Assembly: GCA_965198175.1 (NCBI GenBank)
Contig: OZ240245.1
Span: 3,392,001-3,456,000 of the forward strand
Length of the DNA: 64,000 nucleotides
Source of the DNA: Candidatus Poribacteria bacterium
GTDB taxonomy: Bacteria > Poribacteria > WGA-4E > PCPOR2b
Reading direction: 5' to 3'
Shown in pieces: positions 30,122-40,146 of the stretch; within the stretch, counting starts at the first letter, position 1; each line of letters begins with the position of its first letter. Both the position numbers and the translations under genes were made by a program. A model generated the notes under the pieces. That model ran no database searches. It was not told the origin of the DNA and was given only the letters and a program-made list of their open reading frames with translations.

Positions 30122-30916
30122 CTAATCGCGAGTCTTTATTTTGCCCCAAGCTGTTGTGACTTTGCCTGATGGATCAACGGCGAGTCCAAGGACATTTCCG
30201 AGTCCTTTATCTTTAATGCTGTTGATGTCTGCTTTGCTTAAGACAACATCAAAAACCCCCACTTCGTCAACCGACCCTTCGAAAGTCGTGCCGGCTCTGC
30301 CGCCGATATGCCAAGCACGATCATTTCCACGGACAAAGGCACCCACCCCGCCCCTTTCCGCGACAATTTTACCATCTATCCAAATTTCCATCGACTTACC
30401 AGAGCCGGTAAACGCTACGTGATGCCAATCGTCCTCAAAGTTTTCTGGCATCGGGGCGTTAAGGTTGCCCATGGGTCTGCCAAACTGCCATGCAATGCCG
30501 TCCGCGCCCCAGGGGAAATGCACCGCAATTCGGTTATCCCAGGGTTCGGGTGGGACAAAGAAAAAGAGATCGGTGTTGCTCTTTGGTTGCCAACGTATCC
30601 ATGCCACGATAGTTATCTCTTTCGTGGGAGCAACCTCGTCGCCGAAAGAGGCGGGAACAACCATTACATCGCCATCGACACCGAGGTCTATCGCTTTGCC
30701 GATCACGCCTTCAATCCACGAAATTTTCCTGCCCTGTAGCAACCCCATCAGTTTAGCGGGGTTATTCGTCTCGTCCATGACTTCATCCCCTTCGCCCTCA
30801 TCGAAGAGCCAGACCGCCACAGCGGTTTCAGGGTCAATAGCGGAATAACTGGATGCCAAGAGAATCAAGCCAAATAGGATAGCAACGCAGATATAACCGC
30901 AGATAATCGCTTTCAT
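30122..30916 (-). CDS. Secreted LamG-like protein with TTAWGKIK tail (copy 1)
   Basis: VWLFDEGEG, WHHVAFT, IWIDGK, FEGSVDEVGVF; tail VDPSGKVTTAWGKIK; start taken at the ATG after the GGAG RBS. Confidence 0.85.
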   Translation of the reverse strand: MKAIICGYICVAILFGLILLASSYSAIDPETAVAVWLFDEGEGDEVMDETNNPAKLMGLLQGRKISWIEGVIGKAIDLGVDGDVMVVPASFGDEVAPTKEITIVAWIRWQPKSNTDLFFFVPPEPWDNRIAVHFPWGADGIAWQFGRPMGNLNAPMPENFEDDWHHVAFTGSGKSMEIWIDGKIVAERGGVGAFVRGNDRAWHIGGRAGTTFEGSVDEVGVFDVVLSKADINSIKDKGLGNVLGLAVDPSGKVTTAWGKIKTRD

Positions 30917-31246
30917 TTTTTTGTCATCTCCTATGGGTTGGTACATTTTTTATTATCTTGTAGAATACAACTGAAGTTCCTTGACTCCTCCCATTTGTCC
31001 CTGGTGGGTGGGATGGAGGCGTGGTCAAGTTTTTCTCTGCACGAATCAGAAGGGGTCCAACTTACTGGAGACTTCGAAGTGGCTAATTGTTACATCATAG
31101 ACTTCCGAAGTCTCACCACATCTTCAACTGTTAACGGAGCGCGAGTGCTTTGACTGCAGCCGATCGGTAAGTTGGAAAAAGGCCTGCAGGCAGACCTCAT
31201 TATTTGCCTGCCTGCAACATGACGGTGGGAGATACGCCCGCCGCGG

Positions 31247-32053
31247 CTAATCGCCAGCCTTTATTCTGCCCCAAGCAGTCGTGACTTTGCCCGCGGAGTC
31301 AACAACGGTTACAAATCCAAGAGTAAGCCCAATTCCTTTGTCCTTGATGTTATTGATGTCTTCTTTGCTTAAGACAACATCGAAAACCCCCACCTCGTCA
31401 ATCGAACCTTCGAAAGTCGTGCCGGCTCTGCCGCCGATATGCCAGGCACGATTATTTCCGCGTACAAAGGGACTCACACCGTCCCTTTCCGCAGCGATCT
31501 CCCCATCTATCCAAATTGCCATCGCCTCACCAGAGCCGGTAAACGCTACGTGATGCCAATCATCCTCAAAGTTTTCTGGCATCGGGGCGTTAAGGTTGCC
31601 CATGGGTCTGCCAAACTGCCATGCAATGCCGTCCGCGCCCCACGGGAAATGCACCGCGATTCGGTTATCCCAGGGTTCGGGTGGGACAAAGAAAAAGAGA
31701 TCGGTATTGTTTTTTACTCGCCAATGTACCCATGCGACGATAGTTATCTCTTTCGTGGGAGCGGCCTCGTCGCCGAAAGACGGGGAAACAACCATCACAT
31801 CGCCATCGGCACCGAGGTCTATCGCTCTGCCGATCACACCTTCAATCCACGTAATGTTACTACCTTGTAGTAACCCCATTAGGTTAGCAGGATTTTCCGT
31901 CTCGTCCCTGACTTCATCGCCCTCGCCCTCCTCAAAGAGCCAGACCGCCACGGCGGTGTCGGGGTCGATAGCGGCATAGCCGGATGCCGAAAGAATCATG
32001 CCAAATAGGATAGCAACACTGATATATCCAAAAATGCTAATCGTCGCTTTCAT
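31247..32053 (-). CDS. Secreted LamG-like protein with TTAWGRIK tail (copy 2, tandem paralog)
   Basis: Highly similar to 30122-30916, including ~200 bp of upstream sequence. Confidence 0.85.
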   Translation of the reverse strand: MKATISIFGYISVAILFGMILSASGYAAIDPDTAVAVWLFEEGEGDEVRDETENPANLMGLLQGSNITWIEGVIGRAIDLGADGDVMVVSPSFGDEAAPTKEITIVAWVHWRVKNNTDLFFFVPPEPWDNRIAVHFPWGADGIAWQFGRPMGNLNAPMPENFEDDWHHVAFTGSGEAMAIWIDGEIAAERDGVSPFVRGNNRAWHIGGRAGTTFEGSIDEVGVFDVVLSKEDINNIKDKGIGLTLGFVTVVDSAGKVTTAWGRIKAGD

Positions 32054-32710
32054 TTTCTGTCATCTCCTATGTGTTGGTGCATTTTTTGTTATCTTGTAGA
32101 GAACAACTGAAGTTTCTTGACTCTTTCCCAGATGCCTCCTTTGTCCCTCGTGGGTAGGAAGGAGGCGTGGTCAAGTTTTCCTCTGCCCGGATCAGGTTGG
32201 GGCTCAACTTACTGGAGACTTCGAAGTGGCTAATTATTCTATCATAGTCTTCCGAAGTCTCACTACTTTTTCAACTGCCTTACTCCCCATATTATACCTC
32301 TATTCCGGGCGACCTAGCAACAAAAACTATAGAAACAGACTTGGCAACGACCTTTCGTCAAGCAATCGGTTCTTCATAGATATCTCACCCCCCAGATTTA
32401 ACAGATTCATTACCTGCCGATTTAGATGTCCTCAGTCTTGACGTATACGTGCTCTTGTGATAGAATCGCTAGAATATCATTAAGTTCAATAATCGAAATA
32501 TCGTAACAATTTTCGACGCAATACGGGCAGAAGTCAAGTAGAATTCGCGACAGCGGTCAACACAAAGACATGGCATGGAGGAATCCGCACAGACACACTA
32601 TCATCCAAGTACATCGATCGCGGATTTCGGATTGAGCCGTGAACCGCTTTGAATGGCTTCTATTGCCAAGTTTTTCAGGGTTCATGAGTTTGTGAAAGGA
32701 AATATATCGA

Positions 32711-33664
32711 ATGAAAGTTCTAGTTGATATTAGTGTACACTCCCTAGACGAGGGGACTCGTCACCTCATCTCCGACGCAGCCAGTGATGAAATCGCCGTT
32801 GTCTTTCCACGTTCACAAGAGGAAATTATCAGAACTGGTGGAGACGCACAAGTTTATTACGGCTACTGTTGTGAAGAGACGTTCCAATATCTGCCGCGAC
32901 TAAAGTGGATTCAGAGCAATAGCGCGGGGATGGACGTTCAGCTGTATCCCGCTCTCAAGAATAGTGACGTAGTCCTGACCAATGTGGCGGGTGTGTATGC
33001 ATCACACGCGGCAGAGCATGCGTTCGCGCTCTTACTCGCTCTCACCCGAGAAATAAAGAGTGCTGCCGTGCATCACATTCAACATGAATGGCGCAGACCA
33101 AAGCAATTGATTGAGATTGGCGGATTAACGCTCGGTATCGTTGGGATGGGCGGATTTGGAATACACATGGCGAAACGCGGTAGAGGTTTTGACATGCGCG
33201 TCATTGCAGTGGATCCGTACCGGATCGATAAGCCGGATCCTGTCGATGAACTGATGCCGATTGATCTGCTTCCGGACCTGATGCGCAGGTCGGATGTGGT
33301 TATGATTGCTTGTCCGCTTACCCAGGAAACTTATCATCTTATCAATGCGGAAAACTTGTCGCTAATGAAGCCGACCGCCTATCTCATCAATGTCGCCCGC
33401 GGCAAGATTGTCGACGAGCGTGCGCTTATTGAGGTTCTCAAGGCAGAGAAGATTGCCGGCGCAGGGTTAGATGTGACGGAAGTTGAGCCGCTGCCAAAAG
33501 ACAGCCCGCTGTGGGATATGCATAGCGTGCTTCTCACACCGCATACAGCCGGCGGGTCGCAGCACCGTTCACGCCGCGCCGCCGAGTTTTTCTGCGAGAA
33601 TCTCAAGCGGTACATTAACGGTGAACCTTTGAAGAATATCGTGGACAAACAGCTCGGGTTTTAG
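32711..33664 (+). CDS. D-2-hydroxyacid dehydrogenase
   Basis: GIVGMGGFG, INVARGKIVDE, GAGLDV..EPLP, TPHTAG. Confidence 0.93.
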   Translation: MKVLVDISVHSLDEGTRHLISDAASDEIAVVFPRSQEEIIRTGGDAQVYYGYCCEETFQYLPRLKWIQSNSAGMDVQLYPALKNSDVVLTNVAGVYASHAAEHAFALLLALTREIKSAAVHHIQHEWRRPKQLIEIGGLTLGIVGMGGFGIHMAKRGRGFDMRVIAVDPYRIDKPDPVDELMPIDLLPDLMRRSDVVMIACPLTQETYHLINAENLSLMKPTAYLINVARGKIVDERALIEVLKAEKIAGAGLDVTEVEPLPKDSPLWDMHSVLLTPHTAGGSQHRSRRAAEFFCENLKRYINGEPLKNIVDKQLGF

Positions 33665-33734
33665 TACCCCACGGATTTTCTATCGCTATCCAGATGGAAA
33701 GATGCAAGGTCAATCTTTGGGGCGCGCCAACAAA

Positions 33735-34724
33735 CTAAAATTTCACTCTTGGCGCTCTGAATGTGCCGTCGAGAATTTCTTGACGGGTCTCTTTTACTTT
33801 ATCCATCACGGCTTTTGGAATGCGATCTTTCAGCTTCGGGTTGTAAACGAGTTTAACCATCTCATCTTCCGCCATTCCGAGCCGCATTACTTTGGGTTCA
33901 AATTTACCGGTTTTGACTAGATTTGCGACGTGAACAAAAACCTTCGTGTCAATGACAGCGCTTGCGAGAACCGCGTCTGGAGCGACATCGTTCTGATTGC
34001 GGTTAGAGCCGTAAGCGTAAACGTCCTTACCGGTTTTGCGGCTCTCTGCGACAGCGTGGAAAACGCCCTGACCAGCGGCGTCTGCGTTATGGAAGATGAA
34101 GTCTGTGCCTTCTGCAATCTGAGACAGTGCTAACTCCTTGGCTTTGCTGATGTTCTCCCAATCCCCTACATAAGAACGGGAAATTCTGATTTCAGGATTG
34201 ACAGACTTCGCACCTTCCTCGAATGCAAGAAAGGTGCTCTTAATCGGCGGGATATTCATGCCCCCGACGAGACCGATTTTTCCCGTTTGCGTCATCATTC
34301 CGGAAATCATGCCCAAGAGATAGGTCACTTCCTCAAGCTCGAAGACAATTGATGCGACATTCTGCAAAACTGTACTGCCAGAAGTTGTGATAAACACCAC
34401 ATCTGGAAATTCGGGTGAAACCGCTTTCGCCGCTTCCTGATACTCAAATCCGTGTCCAATGACGAGGTTGAACCCCTTTCCGGCGTAAAATCGGAAGTGC
34501 TCCTCCCATTCAGACGGGGTTCTGCTTTCAACATGACTCACTTCAGCGCCGAGCTCTGTTTCAATCTGTTTGAGACCGTCGTATGCGAGCGCATTCCAGC
34601 CCGCATCGCTGATTGATCCTGGAGTGAGCAACGCCACTTTGAATTGGTCGGCAGCCTCACCCCAGCCTGTGAGTGCAATTAGAAAAACTAACAATCCATA
34701 GATGATACCGCTATGTTTGCGCAT
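33735..34724 (-). CDS. BMP-family ABC transporter substrate-binding protein
   Basis: PGSISDAGWNALAYDGL, IGHGFEY, GKIGLVGG, FEEGAK; start inferred at 34724. Confidence 0.88.
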   Translation of the reverse strand: MRKHSGIIYGLLVFLIALTGWGEAADQFKVALLTPGSISDAGWNALAYDGLKQIETELGAEVSHVESRTPSEWEEHFRFYAGKGFNLVIGHGFEYQEAAKAVSPEFPDVVFITTSGSTVLQNVASIVFELEEVTYLLGMISGMMTQTGKIGLVGGMNIPPIKSTFLAFEEGAKSVNPEIRISRSYVGDWENISKAKELALSQIAEGTDFIFHNADAAGQGVFHAVAESRKTGKDVYAYGSNRNQNDVAPDAVLASAVIDTKVFVHVANLVKTGKFEPKVMRLGMAEDEMVKLVYNPKLKDRIPKAVMDKVKETRQEILDGTFRAPRVKF

Positions 34725-34968
34725 AAGAACTCCTATTGACAGATAGATTATCGGTATAATGTAACACACGGACTCATTATTTTCAAGAGCTAGACCCCTC
34801 TCAGCGTCGCGAGGAGAGTAGTGAATCATGCAGTTCAAATCGTATCACTTAACAACGGGTAAAGCTATAATAAGACTTGACTTTTTGACGATTTCAGTTT
34901 ACCATACTCAAGTAGAGTTGCCTCACCAACCTGAAAATAGTAACAACTGGCGGTAAAGGAATTCTTGG

Positions 34969-35256
34969 ATGACGCTCGGTAAAGTTGTAGGAACGGTCGT
35001 TGCGACACGAAAAGATGAGAAATTAGTCGGCAGCAAGTTATTGATTGTCCAAGACGCTAGTCTAGAAGGAAATTTACTCAGCCGCTACACCGTGGCTGTT
35101 GATTCTGTTGGCGCAGGCATCGGTGAAACGGTGCTCACCGCATCCGGCAGTTCCGCACGTCAGACGAACCTAACCCAAGACAAACCGGTTGACGCTGTCA
35201 TCATGGCAATTGTGGATACCGTCGAGGTTCACGGCAAGGTTCAATACCGAAAGTAA
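34969..35256 (+). CDS. Bacterial microcompartment vertex protein (EutN/CcmL family)
   Basis: GKVVGTVVATRKDEKLVGSKLLIV, AVDSVGAGIGE, GSSAR, PVDAVIMAIVD. Confidence 0.95.
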   Translation: MTLGKVVGTVVATRKDEKLVGSKLLIVQDASLEGNLLSRYTVAVDSVGAGIGETVLTASGSSARQTNLTQDKPVDAVIMAIVDTVEVHGKVQYRK

Positions 35257-35298
35257 ACGGCACCCCCCAATTCCACGATTTTCTCCCCGTCGTTTCAC

Positions 35299-37557
35299 TT
35301 ATTCCTTGTTGTCTAGCTCCGAATTCTGCTGTCCCGCCGGCAATGACAATCGGTACACGCAGTATTGCGGGACCTCGCCGTCAATCACTGCGGGTCCAAA
35401 TCGCTTGATTTCTGTGAGCGTATATCCCGTAGGGAATCGATATACTAAAGGATATGGAACGACGCCAATCAGTTTTCCATCCACATAGAAGCTGTAATTG
35501 TCCTGGCTCTTGACCAGAACAATCTGATACCATCGGTTCATCTCCCCCTGCCGTGGCAATCCAATCCACAACCCCGGTCTGTCGGGCCAGTTGAGGTGAA
35601 ATACAACCTCTCCACCCGTAGACGCCTTGGGTCTATTGATGAGACACCACTTATTCCGTTCGCCGCCACCTTCCGATTTTCCAACTAGTCCGTTGACACC
35701 ATTCGCTCCGAAGCTCGCCCAAAGTGCGATTGTAAAATCTGTGTCATTCAACTCCAGATGCGCATCATTTCCAGCGTCCACCCAAGCGGTTCCATCAAAG
35801 GTGAGAGAGGCGCCGAATTTTCCCTCTCCCCAGTTTGCCCCTCCATTAAGGGCGCCGTGATTTCCATACGGCGAGTGGTCTTTGGTTACCGCTCCCTCGC
35901 CTTCCTCAAACGGCATCGCCAGAATGACCTCCGACCCTGTCGGTGCAAAGGCGGCTACACCTCCCTCATAGTGGGCGTTAATTTCATCCTGAGAGAGAAC
36001 TCGCTTTGCGATAAGGAGTTCATCCACGCTTCCTACGAAATAGTGGGCTCCTTCAGTCCTGCCAATCTCTAAAGGCGCCGAAACTCTTGGAACGCCTCGT
36101 TTCATGCCTTCGGAAAACGGGCGAGCCGAGACGATTAAGATATCTTCCCCTTTTTCATCGGCTAACCGCTGAATTCTCCGCAACACCTCGCCGATATGCA
36201 GACTTCTCCCGTCTCGCCATGCCATGTCCCAGACGCCAAAAGAACCGAATCGATCGCTTCGGGGGTAGAAAAACTCGTCCTTTTCCAAATACCCAAGAAC
36301 TTCCAGTGTCAAATCGTCCGGGGCGGCGCCGGCGATTAACATGACATCCAGTTTCACCTCCTCTTTGATGAATCGAGCAACCGCCTTGCCGTTCGAAAAC
36401 GGATAGTTCAACTCAAGCTTCGCAGCCGTAACTCCACCAACAACATGGATGAGGAGAACGACGACAAACACAATGTTGAACGCCCGCGTCAACCCCCAAC
36501 TGGTTGCCTTCAAAGGTCGGGCGAGCCGCCTCGCTTCATAGCTATTATGAGATATCCATACGGCAGCGATAAACAGCATAAAGAGGAAGCCGTGATGCCG
36601 TACCGACCCGAAATATTTGGTATAAAAGAAAGCCAACAACCCAGTCGTCCCGCAAAGGTACATCAAGAGCACTGTCGGTTTTCTGAGTAGGAGCCCTATG
36701 ACGAAAAGCAAAATGAGTACCGAAAGCACAAGCTTTATCTGAGCAGAATTAGGAATTGGATCCAAAACATTGGTATTCCAAAAGTGCAGCATAGACCGAG
36801 GTATAGCGAAAAAAACTCTGGATATCAAATTGAAGACGTTCTGTAGATGATGCCAGTCGAATGTGGTCGTCCATCCGGGCCGTGTCCCCTGGTCAGCGGC
36901 TGGCGCGATCTGGTAGATGGCGGTGAGAATGCCAGTCAAGATTAGCGCGAAGCCGATTCCCATGTGTGTTCGGCTCGGGCGCTCTGACGTAAGGAGAACT
37001 TCCAAGACTAGTAGCAGCGCGATGGATATGACGATAATCAGTGCGTGAACGCTCGTGTGGGCGAGCACAAAAAGTACCAATCCGACAAGCGGAAACTTTT
37101 GCTTCCAGCGATTGAAAAGCGTGCAAACGAGACACAGCAACAATATGCCGATTGCGTAATTTCTACAGATAATCGCGTACTCATAGAATGGAAAATAGCC
37201 GAACGCAAAGAGCGTCTTTTGCAAGCGCGTGAAGGGAGAGAACCTTGCAAACACGAAGATTGTCGCTGTGGCGATAATAAGATGGTAAGGCTGCATGATA
37301 ATCGGGGAGCTAGTGAAAAACTGAAGCACATATAGCCCGAGGTGCCATACACTGGGATGCCCTTCATATCTCTTTAGAACCTTCAATAGCTCAAAAACAG
37401 AAGGCGCATCCCTGGCAATTAACCACGCCTGCATCTCGTCACGCCACATCTCATGATGCCAAGCGATGACCGCGCCGATAACCAAGAAAACTGTCGAGAG
37501 CGTTATCGCAAATCGATGATCCGAAAATCGAGAGGTTTTTTCCGTTGTCTCAACCAT
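35299..37557 (-). CDS. GT-C-like polytopic membrane protein with inserted LamG-like domain (copy 1)
   Basis: HHEMWRDEMQAW first-loop motif, YEGHP, YEYAIICRNY, many TM helices, C-terminal LamG motifs. Confidence 0.75.
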   Translation of the reverse strand: MVETTEKTSRFSDHRFAITLSTVFLVIGAVIAWHHEMWRDEMQAWLIARDAPSVFELLKVLKRYEGHPSVWHLGLYVLQFFTSSPIIMQPYHLIIATATIFVFARFSPFTRLQKTLFAFGYFPFYEYAIICRNYAIGILLLCLVCTLFNRWKQKFPLVGLVLFVLAHTSVHALIIVISIALLLVLEVLLTSERPSRTHMGIGFALILTGILTAIYQIAPAADQGTRPGWTTTFDWHHLQNVFNLISRVFFAIPRSMLHFWNTNVLDPIPNSAQIKLVLSVLILLFVIGLLLRKPTVLLMYLCGTTGLLAFFYTKYFGSVRHHGFLFMLFIAAVWISHNSYEARRLARPLKATSWGLTRAFNIVFVVVLLIHVVGGVTAAKLELNYPFSNGKAVARFIKEEVKLDVMLIAGAAPDDLTLEVLGYLEKDEFFYPRSDRFGSFGVWDMAWRDGRSLHIGEVLRRIQRLADEKGEDILIVSARPFSEGMKRGVPRVSAPLEIGRTEGAHYFVGSVDELLIAKRVLSQDEINAHYEGGVAAFAPTGSEVILAMPFEEGEGAVTKDHSPYGNHGALNGGANWGEGKFGASLTFDGTAWVDAGNDAHLELNDTDFTIALWASFGANGVNGLVGKSEGGGERNKWCLINRPKASTGGEVVFHLNWPDRPGLWIGLPRQGEMNRWYQIVLVKSQDNYSFYVDGKLIGVVPYPLVYRFPTGYTLTEIKRFGPAVIDGEVPQYCVYRLSLPAGQQNSELDNKE

Positions 37558-37630
37558 AATCCGTCCGTTCAGGAGTGCTTGACTTCTTCCCTGCGTCGCC
37601 TAATGTGTTAAATTGATCAATCATCGCAGC

Positions 37631-37708
37631 GCGTCAGACAAACGCAACCCCCAAGATAAACCGGTTGACGCCGTCGAAGTCCACGGCAAAATTCGATACC
37701 GCAAGCAG
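37631..37708 (+). pseudogene. Degenerate duplicate of the 3' end of the EutN/CcmL gene
   Basis: Aligns to ~35157-35256 with a 24-nt deletion and loss of the stop codon. Confidence 0.75.
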
Positions 37709-37751
37709 ACGGTTTTGTCCCAATTCCGTAATCCCCTCCCCTCCGATTTAC

Positions 37752-39986
37752 TCATTGACTGATATCCGCATCTCGGTTTCGTTGTCCCGTCGAGAATGGC
37801 ATTCGGTACAAGCAGTAACGCGGTACTTCACCGCCTATCACAGCGGGTCCAAATTGCTTGATTTCCGTGAGCGTATAGCCTACAGGATTTGGAACGGCGC
37901 CAACCATTTTTCCATCTACATAAAAGGTGTAATTGTCTCGGTTTTTGATGAATACGATTTGATACCATCGGTCGGTCTCGCCCCGCCATGGCGATCCAAT
38001 CCAGATTCCCGGCTTGTCTTGCCAATTGAGATGAAGCAATATTTCGTCATGCGCAGAAGTTGCCGGTCTATTTATGAGCATCCATTTGTTCGTTTTACCG
38101 GGACCTTCAGATTTTGCAACAAAACTGACGTGTTGGTCCGCCCCAAAATTCGCCCAAAGTGCGATTGTAAAATCTGTGTCATTGAGTTCGAGATGCTTAT
38201 CATTTCCCGCGTCCACCCAAGCGGTTCCATCAAAGGTTAGGGCGGTGCCAAACTTCCCCTTTTCCCAGTCTGCGCCTTTTAGAGAGCCGTGGTTCCCATA
38301 CGGCGAGTGGTCTTTGGTTACCGCTCCTTCGCCTTCTTCAAATGGCATCGCCAAAATGACTTCCGCCCCTGTGGGTGCAAAGGCGGCTACACCTCCCTCA
38401 TAGTGGGCGTTAATTTCCTCCTGAGAGAAAGCCTTTTTTGCGATAAGGAGTTCGTCCATGAGCCCCTCGAAATAATTGCTTCCTTCAGCCCTGCCAATCT
38501 CCAATGGCGTTGCAACTTTTGGAAAATCCCTTCGCATTTTTTCTGTCAGTGGGCGAGCTGCGACGACCAAGATTTCCTCGCCCCTTTCATCACTTAACCG
38601 CTGAACTTTCCCCAGCACCGTGTCGATAGCCAGACTTCTCCCTCGTCGCCAGTCCATGTCCCAGACACCAAAAGAACCAAATCGATCGCTTCGGGGATAG
38701 TAAAACTGGTCCTTTTCCAGATATCCAAGCACTTCCAATGTCAAATCGTCCGGAGCGGCACCGGCGATTAACATATCATCCAGTTTCGCATCCACGATGA
38801 AGCGGGCAACCGCCTTGCCCTCCGAAAAAGGATGCGCGTACTCCAGTTTTGCCGCCGCGACCCCACCAACGACGTGGATAATGAGAACGAGCGCAAACAC
38901 GACACTGAACGCCCTCGCCAACCCCCAACTAGTTGCCTTCAAAGGTCTGGCGAGCCGCCTAGCTTCATAGCTATTATGAGATATCCATACGGCAGCAACA
39001 AACAGCATAAATAGAAATCCGTGATGCCGTATCGAACCGAAATATTTGGCATAAAAGAAAGCCAACAACCCAATCGTCCCGCAAAGATACATTAGCAGCA
39101 CGGTCGGTTTTCTGAGTAGAAGTATTATGGCGAAAAGCAAGGTGAGAACCGACAGGAAAAGTTTCACTTGGGAAGCTGAGGGAAATCTATCTAGCAAATT
39201 GGAACCCCAAAAGTGGAAGGTAAAAATAGGTATAGGGAAGAAAGCCCTCGGTACAATATTGAGGACGTTCTGTAGATGATGCCAGTCGAATGCGGTCGTC
39301 CATCCGGGCCTCGTCCCTTGGTCAGCCGATGGCGCGATCTGGTAGATAGCGGTGATAATTCCAGTCAAGATCAGCGCGAAGCCGATTCCCATGTGTGTTC
39401 GGCTCGGGCGTTCTGACGTAAGGAGAACTTCCAAGACTAGGAGCAGCCCGATCGACATGACGATAATCAGGGCGTGAACGCTGGTATGCGCGAGTAGGAA
39501 AAGAATCAAGCCAATCAGCGGCAATTTTTGTTTCCAGCGATTGAATAGCGTGCAAAATAGACACAGCAGGAGTATGCCGATCGCGTAATTTCTGCAGATG
39601 ATCGCGTACTCATAGAAGGGAAAATAGCCGAACGCAAAGAGCGTCTTTTGCAAGCGCGTGAAGGGAGAGAACCTCGCAAACACAAAGATTGTCGCTGTGG
39701 CGATAATAAGATGGTAGGGCTGCATGATAATCGGGGAGCTAGTGAAAAACTGAAGCACATATAGCCCAAGGTGCCATACGCTGGGATGCCCTTCATATCT
39801 TTTTAGAATCTTGAAAAGCTCAATCACGGAAGGCGCGTCCCTCGCGATCAGCCACGCCTGCATCTCATCTCTCCACATCTCATGATGCCAAGCGATGACC
39901 GCTCCAAGGACCAAAAAGATTGCCGAGAGCGTTATCGCAAACCGCTGATCCGAAAATCGAGAAGGTTTTTTCGCAGTCTCGTCCAT
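37752..39986 (-). CDS. GT-C-like polytopic membrane protein with inserted LamG-like domain (copy 2)
   Basis: Tandem paralog of 35299-37557 with long identical stretches. Confidence 0.75.
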   Translation of the reverse strand: MDETAKKPSRFSDQRFAITLSAIFLVLGAVIAWHHEMWRDEMQAWLIARDAPSVIELFKILKRYEGHPSVWHLGLYVLQFFTSSPIIMQPYHLIIATATIFVFARFSPFTRLQKTLFAFGYFPFYEYAIICRNYAIGILLLCLFCTLFNRWKQKLPLIGLILFLLAHTSVHALIIVMSIGLLLVLEVLLTSERPSRTHMGIGFALILTGIITAIYQIAPSADQGTRPGWTTAFDWHHLQNVLNIVPRAFFPIPIFTFHFWGSNLLDRFPSASQVKLFLSVLTLLFAIILLLRKPTVLLMYLCGTIGLLAFFYAKYFGSIRHHGFLFMLFVAAVWISHNSYEARRLARPLKATSWGLARAFSVVFALVLIIHVVGGVAAAKLEYAHPFSEGKAVARFIVDAKLDDMLIAGAAPDDLTLEVLGYLEKDQFYYPRSDRFGSFGVWDMDWRRGRSLAIDTVLGKVQRLSDERGEEILVVAARPLTEKMRRDFPKVATPLEIGRAEGSNYFEGLMDELLIAKKAFSQEEINAHYEGGVAAFAPTGAEVILAMPFEEGEGAVTKDHSPYGNHGSLKGADWEKGKFGTALTFDGTAWVDAGNDKHLELNDTDFTIALWANFGADQHVSFVAKSEGPGKTNKWMLINRPATSAHDEILLHLNWQDKPGIWIGSPWRGETDRWYQIVFIKNRDNYTFYVDGKMVGAVPNPVGYTLTEIKQFGPAVIGGEVPRYCLYRMPFSTGQRNRDADISQ

Positions 39987-40146
39987 TATCTGTCCGTTCT
40001 GAAGCCTTCGTTTTCCTCAGACATTTCAATGCACGCCAAGCCTAAACGGCGTTTAGCCTGCTCAGTGACATTACTGCATATACCTCCGATACCGGAAGAT
40101 GAGTCATTAGTATCAGATTCAAGTGGCTAACTCAAGCGGAAACGCC

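Noticed and set aside
30122..39986. Diversity-generating retroelement behind the paralog pairs
   Set aside because: No reverse transcriptase is present, and differences between copies are not adenine-specific by inspection.
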